Shown here piece by piece: positions 21,496-31,527 of a stretch of 64,000 bases of DNA; positions within the stretch are counted from its first letter, which is position 1; every line of letters begins with the position of its first letter. A model generated the notes under the pieces. It searched no databases, was not told where the DNA came from, and saw only the letters and a program-made list of their open reading frames with translations. The DNA comes from an uncultured Verrucomicrobiae bacterium. GTDB taxonomy: Bacteria; Verrucomicrobiota; Verrucomicrobiia; Chthoniobacterales; UBA10450. The position numbers and the translations under genes were made by a program. The stretch spans positions 320,001 through 384,000 of the forward strand of contig CAVTMK010000003.1 of assembly GCA_963735805.1 (NCBI GenBank). The letters are read 5' to 3'.

Positions 21496-22683
21496 GTGAA
21501 CATCCTCTACGTAGAGAGCAGCCGCAGCTGGGGCGGCCAGGAATATCGCACCTGTCTCGAGATCAATTGGCTGAACACCCAAGGACATCGGGCATGGCTG
21601 GTTTGCAATCCAGGCAGTCAGGTGCACTCCAAAGCCCTGGAACTCGGCACTCGTCTTATAACGATGCCGCTCGGTAGTCGCGTCGACCTGCCATGCTCAT
21701 GGCGCCTCTGGAGATTTTGCCGGCAAAACCGGGTCGATCTGCTTAAAACCTACAGCTCGAAAGATCATTGGCTTTGTCTGCCGCTTTATTTTTTCGGGAT
21801 TCCGCTAAGCCGCGCGCGCTGCATTACCGATCCAATCGGAAGCAAGGGACGAGCATTTGTCTTCAAGCACGGTTGTTCCAACATTGTAGCCGATGCTTCG
21901 GTGATTAAACGCGAACTCGTCGAGGAACACGGTGTTCCCCCAGCGAAAATTGAAGTCATCGGTTCGGCTGTCGATTTGGAAAAGTTTAAGCCGCCGCGCA
22001 ATCGAATGAAATTCCGCCGGGACATCGCTGTCGGCGCAGCGACTCCCCTTGTCGGGAACATCGGAATGATCCGGCCGGACAAAGGCCAGCTCGTTCTAGT
22101 TGAAGCAGCCCCTTTCGTTTTGGAAAAGTGGCCGGATGCGCGCTTCGTTATTGTGGGTCAGGGAACCGGCATCCTGAAACGCGGGATCAATGTAAGGAAT
22201 GCCATCGACCGCGCCGGACTGGCGACTCAGATCATTATGACGGGCTATCGGTGGGACACGCCTGACGTTTATGCGGCGTGCGACATGATCGTAATTGCGT
22301 CGCTACGCACAGAAGCCTCTCCGATTGTGTTACGCGAAGCGTTTGCCAGCGGGCGTCCTGTCATCGCGACAAAGGTGGGCGATATCCCGGAAATCATCGA
22401 GCATCGCCAAAACGGTTTGCTCATTGAGCCGGGTGACAGCAAAGCGCTTGCAGATGCGATCATGGAATTTATTTACGATCCGAACCTGGCAGAGCACTGC
22501 GCGGAAAATGGTCTTTGCTACGCGAAAAAGCACTTTTCATTCGACGAAATGATGAAAGCCAAGCTTCGCGCCGACGTCGCTCTCTTAGGAATGCGTGCGG
22601 ATCGTGGAGCGTCTCCCGACTCGATGCGGTCGCAGGAAGTCGCTCCTCGATCGGAGGCTCTCACTCAGTTGAAGAAGCATTGA
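21496..22683 (+). CDS. GT4 glycosyltransferase
   Basis: WGGQE, IRPDKGQ and EAFASGRPVIAT.VG motifs. Confidence 0.9.
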   Translation: MNILYVESSRSWGGQEYRTCLEINWLNTQGHRAWLVCNPGSQVHSKALELGTRLITMPLGSRVDLPCSWRLWRFCRQNRVDLLKTYSSKDHWLCLPLYFFGIPLSRARCITDPIGSKGRAFVFKHGCSNIVADASVIKRELVEEHGVPPAKIEVIGSAVDLEKFKPPRNRMKFRRDIAVGAATPLVGNIGMIRPDKGQLVLVEAAPFVLEKWPDARFVIVGQGTGILKRGINVRNAIDRAGLATQIIMTGYRWDTPDVYAACDMIVIASLRTEASPIVLREAFASGRPVIATKVGDIPEIIEHRQNGLLIEPGDSKALADAIMEFIYDPNLAEHCAENGLCYAKKHFSFDEMMKAKLRADVALLGMRADRGASPDSMRSQEVAPRSEALTQLKKH

Positions 22684-23743
22684 TTGCGTCGATCAACTGA
22701 CGGAACCGGCCGAAGTTATTGCGAAAAGGCGTAAGAATTAGCCGAGGCAAATCCCAAATTTCAGGCTCATTTTTTTCCTGAAAGAGTGCCGTTCCCTGGA
22801 CTATCTCGCCTTTGCGCAGGATATCAGCGAACTGCCTGTTCAGGTTGATAATCGCCGCTCTTGACAGGCGATCGTTCATTCGAATCACAAATCGTTCCCC
22901 TACCCAGCGCGCTGAATGATAAATCTTGTAGAAATGCAAAATTTCCGAGACGGCTTCCCGAACAGTGCGTGTGATCTTAAAAAATGAAAAATCTTCTTGT
23001 GAAATCAAGCCACGCTTAAGGAGGCGGTCTGTAATAAACTTCGTCCACAGTTCCCAATAATTTCCCCGGGGCCGATTTAGCATCACAACGGGAATAATAC
23101 GGGCTTTCCCGGTTTGCATCAGCGTGAGCACCTCAAACGTTTCGTCGAGTGTACCAAAGCCTCCTGGAAACAATGCGAACGCGTGTGCCTCCTTCACGAA
23201 ATTTAGCTTACGCGTGAAGAAATAATTAAGAGTAATCAGTTTGGGATCGCCTTGGATGATCTCGTTGGCTCGCTGCTCGGATGGGAGACGAATGTTAAGC
23301 CCGAAGCTATGCTCACGGCCCGCGCCCCGCTGTGCCGCTCCCATGATTCCGTCCCCACCACCAGTGACCACCATGAAATTGTGCAAAACCATTTGCCGCG
23401 CAAAATCCTCAGCCACCTCGTAGACAGGCGAATCGACTGGTGTGCGGGCCGACCCAAAGACGGCGACTTTGCGCAAATGCTGAAATGGCGCGAATACCTT
23501 CGCCGCGTTGCGCATTTCTTTTATGGAACGATTGATCAACTTAAGATCTGCTACGCTCATGTGATCGCGGGCTATTTTCAGCGCGGTCACGATCATTTCC
23601 TCGATCAGTTCGGGTGATTCGCTCGCGTCCCAATCGCGAACCAATTGTTTCACGCGGGCATCAAAAGGCGGATCGACGCTCCATTGTCGCCGCGTCGGCT
23701 GATCGTGAATTGCGCCCCCTGTAAAGTCCTCTTCCATGATCAA
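22661..23743 (-). CDS. LOG family (lysine decarboxylase-like) phosphoribohydrolase
   Basis: VFGSAR, TGGG.GIM, YFFTRK and PGGFGTLDE motifs. Confidence 0.92.
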   Translation of the reverse strand: MIMEEDFTGGAIHDQPTRRQWSVDPPFDARVKQLVRDWDASESPELIEEMIVTALKIARDHMSVADLKLINRSIKEMRNAAKVFAPFQHLRKVAVFGSARTPVDSPVYEVAEDFARQMVLHNFMVVTGGGDGIMGAAQRGAGREHSFGLNIRLPSEQRANEIIQGDPKLITLNYFFTRKLNFVKEAHAFALFPGGFGTLDETFEVLTLMQTGKARIIPVVMLNRPRGNYWELWTKFITDRLLKRGLISQEDFSFFKITRTVREAVSEILHFYKIYHSARWVGERFVIRMNDRLSRAAIINLNRQFADILRKGEIVQGTALFQEKNEPEIWDLPRLILTPFRNNFGRFRQLIDAINASSTE

Positions 23744-23830
23744 AATCTACTCGCAGTCACGATGGCTGCATGTTTGAGGATCCAGGCGACCCGCCGTCGC
23801 GCCGTTTCGACCTGGCTAGCACGATTGCAA

Positions 23831-24709
23831 TCAGCACGAAATCAGGTCGCCCAGAATCTCCCCCATGTGACGGATGGGCAACGAATAATGCCCTGCGTTC
23901 TCAACGAAATGCGCCTTGCAATTGGGCAACTGTCTCACAATTTTTTCCGCCAGGTGGATTGAGAAAGCCCGGTCTTGCGTTCCATGCCAAAGGCGGACTG
24001 GTACGTATACATCTTCAAAGGAAAATCCCCAGGGCTGCGCGTAGATCTGCGCATCCGCCATGACTCCTTCAGCCGACCCGCGCCAGGCGCGCCGCTGGCT
24101 TTCGAAAACAGATTCGAACGCTGCTGCGTCGCGCAGGCTCTCTGCATCGCATGGTCGCAGCATTAGCATTTTCAAAAGTAACGGCCGAAGCCGGACCGGC
24201 GGGCGCAATGACAGAATCGGGCGTGCCATGCAGAATAATCTTCGCAACAGTTGCGGTTGCGATCGATAAAGCGCCAGCATCCAGCGGTAAAGAGGCAATA
24301 ATCCTCTGGCATCCTCGAGCTCGGCCATGGGAATCGCGCCGCACACGATCGCAATTGCCCGCACCCGGTCGGGCATCGCTGCGGCAGTTGCGTATGCGTA
24401 GGGCGCGCCGCCGGAAATCGCAAGCATCCGAAACTCCCAAATGCCGAGTTTCGCAAGAAGGCGCTCTACAACATGCGGCCAATCAGCCAATTTTCGATCG
24501 GGCCGCAAACTCGATCCGCTAATGCCCGGTCGATCAGGTGAAATGATACGGACGCCAAGCTCTCGCGCCGGTTCGTCCGTTAGTCGGGCCATGGTGCATG
24601 AACTGGGCCAGCCGTGGCAAAATACGACCGGCACGCCAGTTGCATCGCCATATTCTTGAAAAGCAACGACCGCGTCGCCCTGGAGTCGAACGAAATTTTG
24701 CCTCTTCAT
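23831..24709 (-). CDS. Alpha/beta hydrolase
   Basis: HGWPSS, PDRPG, ISGGAPYA nucleophile elbow, WHG..D and AGH; start chosen at MKRQ. Confidence 0.9.
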   Translation of the reverse strand: MKRQNFVRLQGDAVVAFQEYGDATGVPVVFCHGWPSSCTMARLTDEPARELGVRIISPDRPGISGSSLRPDRKLADWPHVVERLLAKLGIWEFRMLAISGGAPYAYATAAAMPDRVRAIAIVCGAIPMAELEDARGLLPLYRWMLALYRSQPQLLRRLFCMARPILSLRPPVRLRPLLLKMLMLRPCDAESLRDAAAFESVFESQRRAWRGSAEGVMADAQIYAQPWGFSFEDVYVPVRLWHGTQDRAFSIHLAEKIVRQLPNCKAHFVENAGHYSLPIRHMGEILGDLISC

Positions 24710-24816
24710 CTTGAAACGGCGGCTAGGCTTTTTTTGGCGCTGGTATTGCAAGCCTCCAATCTGTAAGGCACAATATAATGCGAACAAGGCCCCCGTGACC
24801 TTTCGCGTCAGTGGTT

Positions 24817-25218
24817 ATGAACGATTACTCACAACCTCGCCCGGGAAAAATTGAGCTACACGGCAACGGACTTGGAGCGCCTTCGCCGGAGCAAGTGGAG
24901 AAGCGCGCAAGGGAAATAGCGATGATCGACGAGCGCAACCCTGATGAATTTACCGATGCGGACTGGAGACAGGCACGCCGCGAATTGATGGGTACTGAAA
25001 ATAATTCACCGCCCGAGGAAACTCCGGATAATGCCGATCTCACCGAAGAATGGAGTGTGGTCGCCAGCTCCAAAGGACACCGGCTGCCACGTGCGGGTAC
25101 TGATGAAGAGGAAACTGTTGGCGAGCATCTCGTGATCGATGGTCTTGAGGAAGCCGCCCACGACCAGATGCTGGAAGCGCGGCGGGAAGAACTCGAACAA
25201 GAGGGAGAAAATCTTTGA
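24817..25218 (+). CDS. Acidic hypothetical protein with DUF2934-like motif
   Basis: VEKRAREIA...DW.QA; stop overlaps the egtB TTG start. Confidence 0.65.
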   Translation: MNDYSQPRPGKIELHGNGLGAPSPEQVEKRAREIAMIDERNPDEFTDADWRQARRELMGTENNSPPEETPDNADLTEEWSVVASSKGHRLPRAGTDEEETVGEHLVIDGLEEAAHDQMLEARREELEQEGENL

Positions 25219-26564
25219 GCTCAGTATCAGTTGAGTCCGCCACCCGCTCGGTGGCGGCCAAACGAGATCATTTTGATTCAAACGCAGCACGCGTCGAGGC
25301 CTTGCTTGCTCGTTTTCATCAAATCAGAGACTTCACTAACAGGCTCTGTGCGAATCTCGAACCAGAAGATTGCGTCGTGCAATCGATGCCCGACGTCAGC
25401 CCCACAAAGTGGCACATCGCTCACACGACATGGTTTTTTGAAACGTTTATCCTAAAAAAGTTTAGCCTGGGTTATCGCTCGGAAATTCCCGAGTACGCCT
25501 ATCTTTTCAATTCGTACTATAACGCTGCCGGTGACATGCATCGGCGCGATCTACGCGGGCTAATTTCGCGCCCGACGGTAAGACAAGCGCAACGCTACCG
25601 CGCATCGATCGATTCGCATATAGACAATCTTCTTACCGGGGCCGACGAAAAGTTGCTGAATGAAATCGAACCGATGCTCATTCTCGGTTTTCATCATGAG
25701 CAACAACATCAGGAATTGCTGATCACCGACATCAAGCACGTATTCGCGCAGAACCCGCTTTACCCTGTTTTCCGCGATAGGGCGCGACCGCCGGGCGCGC
25801 TGAAAACCTCGGCGGATGGATCGGCGATCCGTCCCTGCCACTTTCTCGAGTTCGAAGAGACGATTGTCGCGATTGGTCATGACGGCCACGGATTCGCTTA
25901 TGATAATGAAGAACCGCGGCATCGAGCGTTGGTTCACGCATTTTCGCTTGCATCACGGCCAGTGACCAATGGCGAGTATCTCGCATTCATCGCAGACAAC
26001 GGCTATTCGCGTCCAGAATTCTGGTTGTCCCTGGGGTGGATGACCGTGAACGAACAACGCTGGCAGGCTCCGCTTTATTGGACGAAGCGTGATGGCAAAT
26101 GGTGGAACTTTACTCTCTCAGGATTTCGCCCGGTCGATGAATCCGAGCCTGTGACCCACGTGAGTTATTTCGAGGCTGACGCGTACGCGAATTGGGCTGG
26201 GGCGCGCCTCCCGACGGAGTTTGAATGGGAACGCGCAGCGTTGGATTGCCCAATCGAAGGAAACTTTGTCGACGACGAGAATTTTCATCCACGCGCCAGG
26301 ATGGAAAACGATAAACGGCTTCATCAAATGTTTGGCGACGTTTGGGAATGGACACGCAGCGCTTACTCGCCCTACCCAGGCTATCGCGCTGCGCCGGGCG
26401 CACTCGGCGAGTACAACGGCAAGTTCATGTGCAACCAGTACGTTTTGCGTGGCGGTTCGTGTGCCACTTCACGGAGTCACATTCGCCGCACTTATCGCAA
26501 TTTCTTTCAACCGGAAAAACGCTGGCAATTTACAGGGATCAGGCTCGCGCGCGATCCGAAATGA
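25215..26564 (+). CDS. egtB: Ergothioneine sulfoxide synthase
   Basis: DinB domain SP.KWH.AHT.WFFE, FNSYY, HEQQHQE iron motif and FGE-sulfatase domain (GDVWEWT, RGGS, RLARD). Confidence 0.95.
   Translation: MSSVSVESATRSVAAKRDHFDSNAARVEALLARFHQIRDFTNRLCANLEPEDCVVQSMPDVSPTKWHIAHTTWFFETFILKKFSLGYRSEIPEYAYLFNSYYNAAGDMHRRDLRGLISRPTVRQAQRYRASIDSHIDNLLTGADEKLLNEIEPMLILGFHHEQQHQELLITDIKHVFAQNPLYPVFRDRARPPGALKTSADGSAIRPCHFLEFEETIVAIGHDGHGFAYDNEEPRHRALVHAFSLASRPVTNGEYLAFIADNGYSRPEFWLSLGWMTVNEQRWQAPLYWTKRDGKWWNFTLSGFRPVDESEPVTHVSYFEADAYANWAGARLPTEFEWERAALDCPIEGNFVDDENFHPRARMENDKRLHQMFGDVWEWTRSAYSPYPGYRAAPGALGEYNGKFMCNQYVLRGGSCATSRSHIRRTYRNFFQPEKRWQFTGIRLARDPK
25775..25839. repeat. REP-like doublet in frame within egtB
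   Basis: CGATAGGGCGCGACCGC matches intergenic 26567-26583 at 16/17; right arm has a GGATGGATCGGCGATCCGTCC hairpin. Confidence 0.65.
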
Positions 26565-26611
26565 GTCGATAGGGCGCAACCGCGAGGCACGCGCCGAACG
26601 ATAATGCCATT

Positions 26612-27595
26612 ATGACCGCCCACTCGCTAACGGCCACACAACCTAATTCTGCGGCCCCCAAGGAGAGGTCCGATTTGCTCTCGGACGTTATTGCGGGCCT
26701 TTCTTCCGATCCTCGGACGCTGCCTTGCAAGTATTTCTATGATGAGCAAGGGGCCGCATTGTTTCAGAAAATTTGCGAGTTACCAGAGTATTACATCACC
26801 CGAACCGAAATCGATATTCTAGGCCGATACCACGCAGAAATCGCGGCGCAACTGGGACCGAACATCGAGCTAATCGGACTTGGCACTGGTGCAGGCACGA
26901 AAACGCGCATTCTCATTGAAGGCCTCGAAAACCCTGCCGTTTATGTCCCTATCGACATCTCCGAGAAGCAACTGCGCAAATCGAGCATGCTTTTTCAAAA
27001 AATTTTCCCCAATCTGGAAATCCTCCCCGTATGCGCCGATTACCTGCAGCCCGTCGTGTTGCCTTCACCGCGTCATAAGGTTGCTCGCAACGTCGTTTAT
27101 TTTCCCGGATCGACTATTGGCAATTTCGAACCAAATGAAGCGCTCGAATTCTTACAGCGCGTTGCCAATGTTTCGGGTCGAGGGGGCGGGTTGTTGATTG
27201 GCGTCGATTTGCAGAAGGATCAGAGCGTGATCGAAGCCGCGTACAACGATCGAGCCGGTGTCACGGCGCAATTCAATTTGAATTTACTAGTCCACATCAA
27301 TCGCGAAACCGGCGCAAATTTCGATTTAAGCCGGTGGCAACACAGCGCCGTCTACAACTCCGAAGCCGGCCGCATCGAGATGTATTTGATCAGCGCGACA
27401 GACCAGACCGTTCGCATACAAGATCGGCAGTTTCTTTTTCACGCCGGTGAAAGAATCCTGACCGAGCATTCGTACAAGCACACGCCGGAAGGTTTCATTG
27501 CTCTGGCTCGCCAGGCAGGATTCGATTTCGTCAAATTGTGGACCGACGACGCGCGCCTGTTTGGCGTGTTCTATTTCTCCTGTAGCCGGGGTTGA
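26612..27595 (+). CDS. egtD: L-histidine N-alpha-trimethyltransferase
   Basis: KYFYD..G..LF..ICELPEYYITRTE, PGSTIGNF, AYND..GVTA.FN and TE.SYK motifs. Confidence 0.96.
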   Translation: MTAHSLTATQPNSAAPKERSDLLSDVIAGLSSDPRTLPCKYFYDEQGAALFQKICELPEYYITRTEIDILGRYHAEIAAQLGPNIELIGLGTGAGTKTRILIEGLENPAVYVPIDISEKQLRKSSMLFQKIFPNLEILPVCADYLQPVVLPSPRHKVARNVVYFPGSTIGNFEPNEALEFLQRVANVSGRGGGLLIGVDLQKDQSVIEAAYNDRAGVTAQFNLNLLVHINRETGANFDLSRWQHSAVYNSEAGRIEMYLISATDQTVRIQDRQFLFHAGERILTEHSYKHTPEGFIALARQAGFDFVKLWTDDARLFGVFYFSCSRG

Positions 27596-27702
27596 TAAAC
27601 CCGGCCACGGCCAACGCGCGCGGCTACAGAACCGGGGCGGCAGCCGTGTCGGCTGCGTAATTAGAACCATCCATGCTTGCAGGCGACACACCTGCCTCTA
27701 CA
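27580..27702. repeat. Two adjacent REP doublets at the egtD 3' end
   Basis: CTGTAGCCG...CGGCTACAG (27580-27629; same termini as the thiC insert) and GCAGCCGtgtCGGCTGC...GCAGGCGACACACCTGCCTCTACA. Confidence 0.7.
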
Positions 27703-27718
27703 GAATATCGCTGCCCCA

Positions 27719-28462
27719 ATGAGCGCCCTCGTTAAACTCGTCGACGTCAGCAAGCGCTATGCAGACACAACTGCGTTGCACGCGACTAATCTCTCTGTCG
27801 AACGCGGCAAGACGACTGTTTTTATTGGGCCGAGTGGCTGCGGTAAATCAACCTTGCTTCGATTGATCATTCGCTTGATTGAACCCGACTCTGGCTCGAT
27901 CGAGTTTGACGGCGAACCGATCACAGCCGAAACGATCGACAATCTTCGCCGGCGAATTGGATACGTAATCCAGGAGGGCGGCTTATTTCCACATTTAACC
28001 GTGCGCGCCAACGTTCTGTTGATGGCACGCCACATCGGGAAATCCCAGCATGAGATGCAAAAACGGCTAACCGAGTTGTGCGAGCTAACAAGGTTTCCCG
28101 GGAATCTACTCGCGCGATATCCCGTCGAACTCTCCGGAGGTCAGCGGCAGCGCGTCGGGTTGATGCGCGCACTGATGCTTTCACCTGAACTGCTGTTGCT
28201 CGATGAGCCGCTGGGCGCACTTGATCCGTTGGTACGAGCCTCATTACAGACGGATCTCAAGGAGATCTTTACCCGGCTAAAACAGACAGTGCTCTTCGTC
28301 ACGCATGATCTGGCTGAGGCGGTTTATTTTGGCAATGAGATCGTGTTGATGAACGATGGCCGAGTCGTGCAGAAAGGCTCGGTTACGGATTTGCGCGAAC
28401 AACCAGCTGATCCTTTCGTGTCGGAATTCATCAACGCGCAGCGCGGAGTCTTGCTGGCATGA
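27719..28462 (+). CDS. ABC ATPase, OpuBA/ProV (osmoprotectant/EgtU-like) family
   Basis: [30 protein letters not shown] and DEP.GALDP. Confidence 0.92.
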   Translation: MSALVKLVDVSKRYADTTALHATNLSVERGKTTVFIGPSGCGKSTLLRLIIRLIEPDSGSIEFDGEPITAETIDNLRRRIGYVIQEGGLFPHLTVRANVLLMARHIGKSQHEMQKRLTELCELTRFPGNLLARYPVELSGGQRQRVGLMRALMLSPELLLLDEPLGALDPLVRASLQTDLKEIFTRLKQTVLFVTHDLAEAVYFGNEIVLMNDGRVVQKGSVTDLREQPADPFVSEFINAQRGVLLA

Positions 28463-29988
28463 AACTGCGTTCTCCATCAGGGAGTGGCCTTCTGTCCGCC
28501 ATGTGTCTTAGGCGACTGGGAAGTCGCTGCTCATTGGTTGGAGCGCTCCTTTTCATTCCCATGGCATGCGCATCCACTGCTCCCGTCGTTATCGGCTCAA
28601 AAAAATTCACCGAATCGTATGTTCTGGGTGAAATCGCCGCGCACGCGCTGAAAGACGCCGGAATTGCTGCGGAGCATCGCCAGGGCATGGGCGGCACGAT
28701 CATTCTTTGGCAAGCGCTGCGCGGCGGCCAAATCGATGCCTACCCGGAATACACGGGAACAATCACGCAAGAAATTCTAAAAAACGGCCAACCATTATCG
28801 GTTCAGGAAATTCGAGACGCGCTTGGAAAATTCGGTGTTGGCATGACGGAGTCCCTCGGGTTCAACAATACTTACGCGCTGGTTATGCGACGCACTGAAG
28901 CGCAAGGTCTCGGTATTCGGAACATTAGTGACCTGCGAAGACACTCGGAACTCAAGATTGGACTCACTCATGAATTTCTCGATCGCCAGGATGGCTGGCG
29001 GCCATTGCGCGAGCGTTACGCGCTTCCTCAACAAAGCGTCACCGGGATCGATCATGCGCTGGGTTATGCGGCATTGGCTAATGGTTCAATTGACGTAAAG
29101 GATGCTTATTCGACCGATGCAAAGATTGAAGAAAACGATTTGGTGGTCCTGGAAGATGATTTTCGATTTTTCCCAAAGTATGAGGCCGTGTTCTTGTTTC
29201 GGTTGTCCGCGCCCGGAGATGTGATCGGCACGTTGCGCCGCCTGGAAGGGACGTTGGATGAAAAACGCATGACCCGGCTGAATGCCGAAGCGGAACGCAC
29301 TAGGAATTATACGGTCGCCGCGAACTTGTATTTTGAAGGAAGCGGAAGGTCGGCGTCCTTTGAGGGCGAATCCTTTGCACGCAAGCTTGCACGCTGGACG
29401 GCGCGTCATCTCGAGCTCGCAGGATTTTCGCTTTTGCTTTCGATAATCATTGGGATTCCGCTTGGTATCGTTGCCAGCCGCGGTGGAGTGATTGGGCATG
29501 GAATTCTGTCCTTTGCCAGTATTGTGCAAACGATTCCATCACTCGCGTTGCTGGCATTGCTCGTCCCCCTTCCCTTTTTCGGTATCAGCGTTCGGACCGC
29601 GATCGCTGCTCTGTTTCTTTACGGGTTGCTGCCGATCGTGCGGAACACTGCGAGTGGCTTGCAGGACATCCCACGATCGTTGCGCGAATCCGCCATTGCA
29701 TTGGGACTGAGCCCCGCTGTCCGGCTTTGGCGGATTTATCTGCCGATGGCGTCACGCTCGATTCTCTCAGGAATCAAGACCAGCGCGGTGATCAACATCG
29801 GCACTGCAACGCTTGCGGCATTGATCGGCGCCGGAGGTCTGGGCGAGCCGATTTTGAGTGGCCTGAATTTGAACGACAACGTAACCATCTTGGAGGGGGC
29901 TATTCCCGCAGCATTGCTTGCGCTCGTTGTGCAGTGGCTATTCGACGCGCTCGACCGCGTGTTAATTCCGAAAGGGCTGCGCCTATAA
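28459..29988 (+). CDS. Fused betaine-family substrate-binding protein plus permease
   Basis: IGSK.FTE, YPEYTGT, GFNNTYAL and YSTD binding-domain motifs; C-terminal QTIPSLAL and GAGGLG permease motifs. Confidence 0.92.
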   Translation: MKLRSPSGSGLLSAMCLRRLGSRCSLVGALLFIPMACASTAPVVIGSKKFTESYVLGEIAAHALKDAGIAAEHRQGMGGTIILWQALRGGQIDAYPEYTGTITQEILKNGQPLSVQEIRDALGKFGVGMTESLGFNNTYALVMRRTEAQGLGIRNISDLRRHSELKIGLTHEFLDRQDGWRPLRERYALPQQSVTGIDHALGYAALANGSIDVKDAYSTDAKIEENDLVVLEDDFRFFPKYEAVFLFRLSAPGDVIGTLRRLEGTLDEKRMTRLNAEAERTRNYTVAANLYFEGSGRSASFEGESFARKLARWTARHLELAGFSLLLSIIIGIPLGIVASRGGVIGHGILSFASIVQTIPSLALLALLVPLPFFGISVRTAIAALFLYGLLPIVRNTASGLQDIPRSLRESAIALGLSPAVRLWRIYLPMASRSILSGIKTSAVINIGTATLAALIGAGGLGEPILSGLNLNDNVTILEGAIPAALLALVVQWLFDALDRVLIPKGLRL

Positions 29989-30100
29989 GTGGGTCGTCTT
30001 GTTCTCAAGACGATGGCCCGACGGGTCATCGGAGGCGCGAATATCGAGCGGCGCATCCGCGGGACCGTCTGCCAACGAGTTGAGGACAACGCGTTCCAGC
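29989..30100. repeat. REPIN-like doublet, same family as 44-174
   Basis: Shares AAGACGATGGC and GCCAACG.GTT..GGACAACGCGTTCCA with the 44-174 element. Confidence 0.75.
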
Positions 30101-30143
30101 TTTGCTCATTTTCGCCGGCGCGCTTTAGTTAGACGATAGTTAT

Positions 30144-31508
30144 ATGGCAATTGCTTCGATCAATCCTGCCACAGGCGAAAAGGTGAAGGAGTTTTCTCCA
30201 TTCGACGATGGAGAAATCGAGAAACGCCTGAGTCATGCTGAGAATGCATCCAGGAAATACAGGCGAACTGCGTTCGGCCAGCGCTCGGAACTTATGGCAG
30301 CAACGGCCGAGCTGTTATTACTGGAAAAAGACAGGCTCGCCAAAATCATCACGCTCGAAATGGGCAAGTTGTACGGAGCATCATTGGAAGAGGTTCAGAA
30401 ATGCGCGCGCGGCTGTCGATTTTACGCCGACAACGCGGAGCGCTTCCTTGAGGACGAGCCTGCACAAACTGACGCAGCCCGAAGTTACGTCCGCTACGAA
30501 CCGCTGGGACCGGTTCTCGCAATCATGCCGTGGAATTTCCCGCTCTGGCAGGTGTTCCGATTCGCAGCACCGGCGCTAATGGCCGGCAACGTCGGCTTAC
30601 TGAAGCATGCCTCGAATGTGCCACAGTGCGCGCTTGCGATTGAACAAATACTTTGCCGCGCAGGATTTGATGAGGGCGTTTTCCAAACGCTCCTGATCGA
30701 ACCAGAACATGTTGAAAGGATCATTGTCGATCCGCGCGTGAAAGCTGTTACCCTGACTGGCAGCGAAAAAGCCGGAAGCACAGTCGCGAGCACGGCTGCG
30801 CGGGAGATCAAGAAAAGCGTGCTCGAGCTCGGCGGCAGCGATGCGTTTATCGTGATGCCAAGCGCGGATTTCGAAAGCGCGCTGAGTACCGCGGTCAAGG
30901 CGCGCACCATCAACGCCGGACAATCGTGTATCGCGGCGAAGCGGTTCTTCGTTGCGGACGAAATTTACGACGAGTTTCTTGACCAGTTTGTGGACAGGAT
31001 GCGCGCGTTGAAAATTGGCGACCCAATGGATCCAGCCACTGAAATTGGGCCTCTCGCGACGGAACAAATTCTGCAAGGCGTGCACGATCAGGTTCAGAAA
31101 TCGATTGCAGCAGGCGCAAAATTATTGACTGGCGGAAATCGGATTCACGGCCCGGGATTTTTCTATGAGCCAACGGTTCTCGTTGACGTCCCAAGAGAAT
31201 CGCCTGTCTCCCGGGAAGAAATTTTTGGCCCGGTCGCATCCATTTTCCGCGTAAACACCGCGGATCAGGCGATCGAGATGGCAAACGACACTTCTTTCGG
31301 TCTCGGTGCCAGCGCGTGGACAAACAATCGAGACGAACAGGAACTCTTCACATCGGATCTGGCGGCCGGAATGGTGTTCATCAACGCGATGGTCGCCTCC
31401 GATCCACGCCTTCCGTTCGGCGGTGTAAAGCGTTCCGGTTTCGGCCGCGAACTGGGCGCGGCTGGGATTCGCGAATTCACAAACACGAAAACGATTTGGA
31501 TTTCCTGA
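30144..31508 (+). CDS. NAD(P)-dependent succinate-semialdehyde dehydrogenase (Sad/GabD1 type)
   Basis: IMPWNFP.WQ, LELGGSD, NAGQSCIAAKR, EEIFGP and PFGGVKRSG motifs. Confidence 0.92.
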   Translation: MAIASINPATGEKVKEFSPFDDGEIEKRLSHAENASRKYRRTAFGQRSELMAATAELLLLEKDRLAKIITLEMGKLYGASLEEVQKCARGCRFYADNAERFLEDEPAQTDAARSYVRYEPLGPVLAIMPWNFPLWQVFRFAAPALMAGNVGLLKHASNVPQCALAIEQILCRAGFDEGVFQTLLIEPEHVERIIVDPRVKAVTLTGSEKAGSTVASTAAREIKKSVLELGGSDAFIVMPSADFESALSTAVKARTINAGQSCIAAKRFFVADEIYDEFLDQFVDRMRALKIGDPMDPATEIGPLATEQILQGVHDQVQKSIAAGAKLLTGGNRIHGPGFFYEPTVLVDVPRESPVSREEIFGPVASIFRVNTADQAIEMANDTSFGLGASAWTNNRDEQELFTSDLAAGMVFINAMVASDPRLPFGGVKRSGFGRELGAAGIREFTNTKTIWIS

Positions 31509-31527
31509 GAAGTGGGACCGGAATGGT

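Noticed and set aside
25215..27595. Selenoneine (senABC) or ovothiol cluster
   Set aside because: No SenB glycosyltransferase or SelD homolog nearby, no fused OvoA methyltransferase; egtD is adjacent
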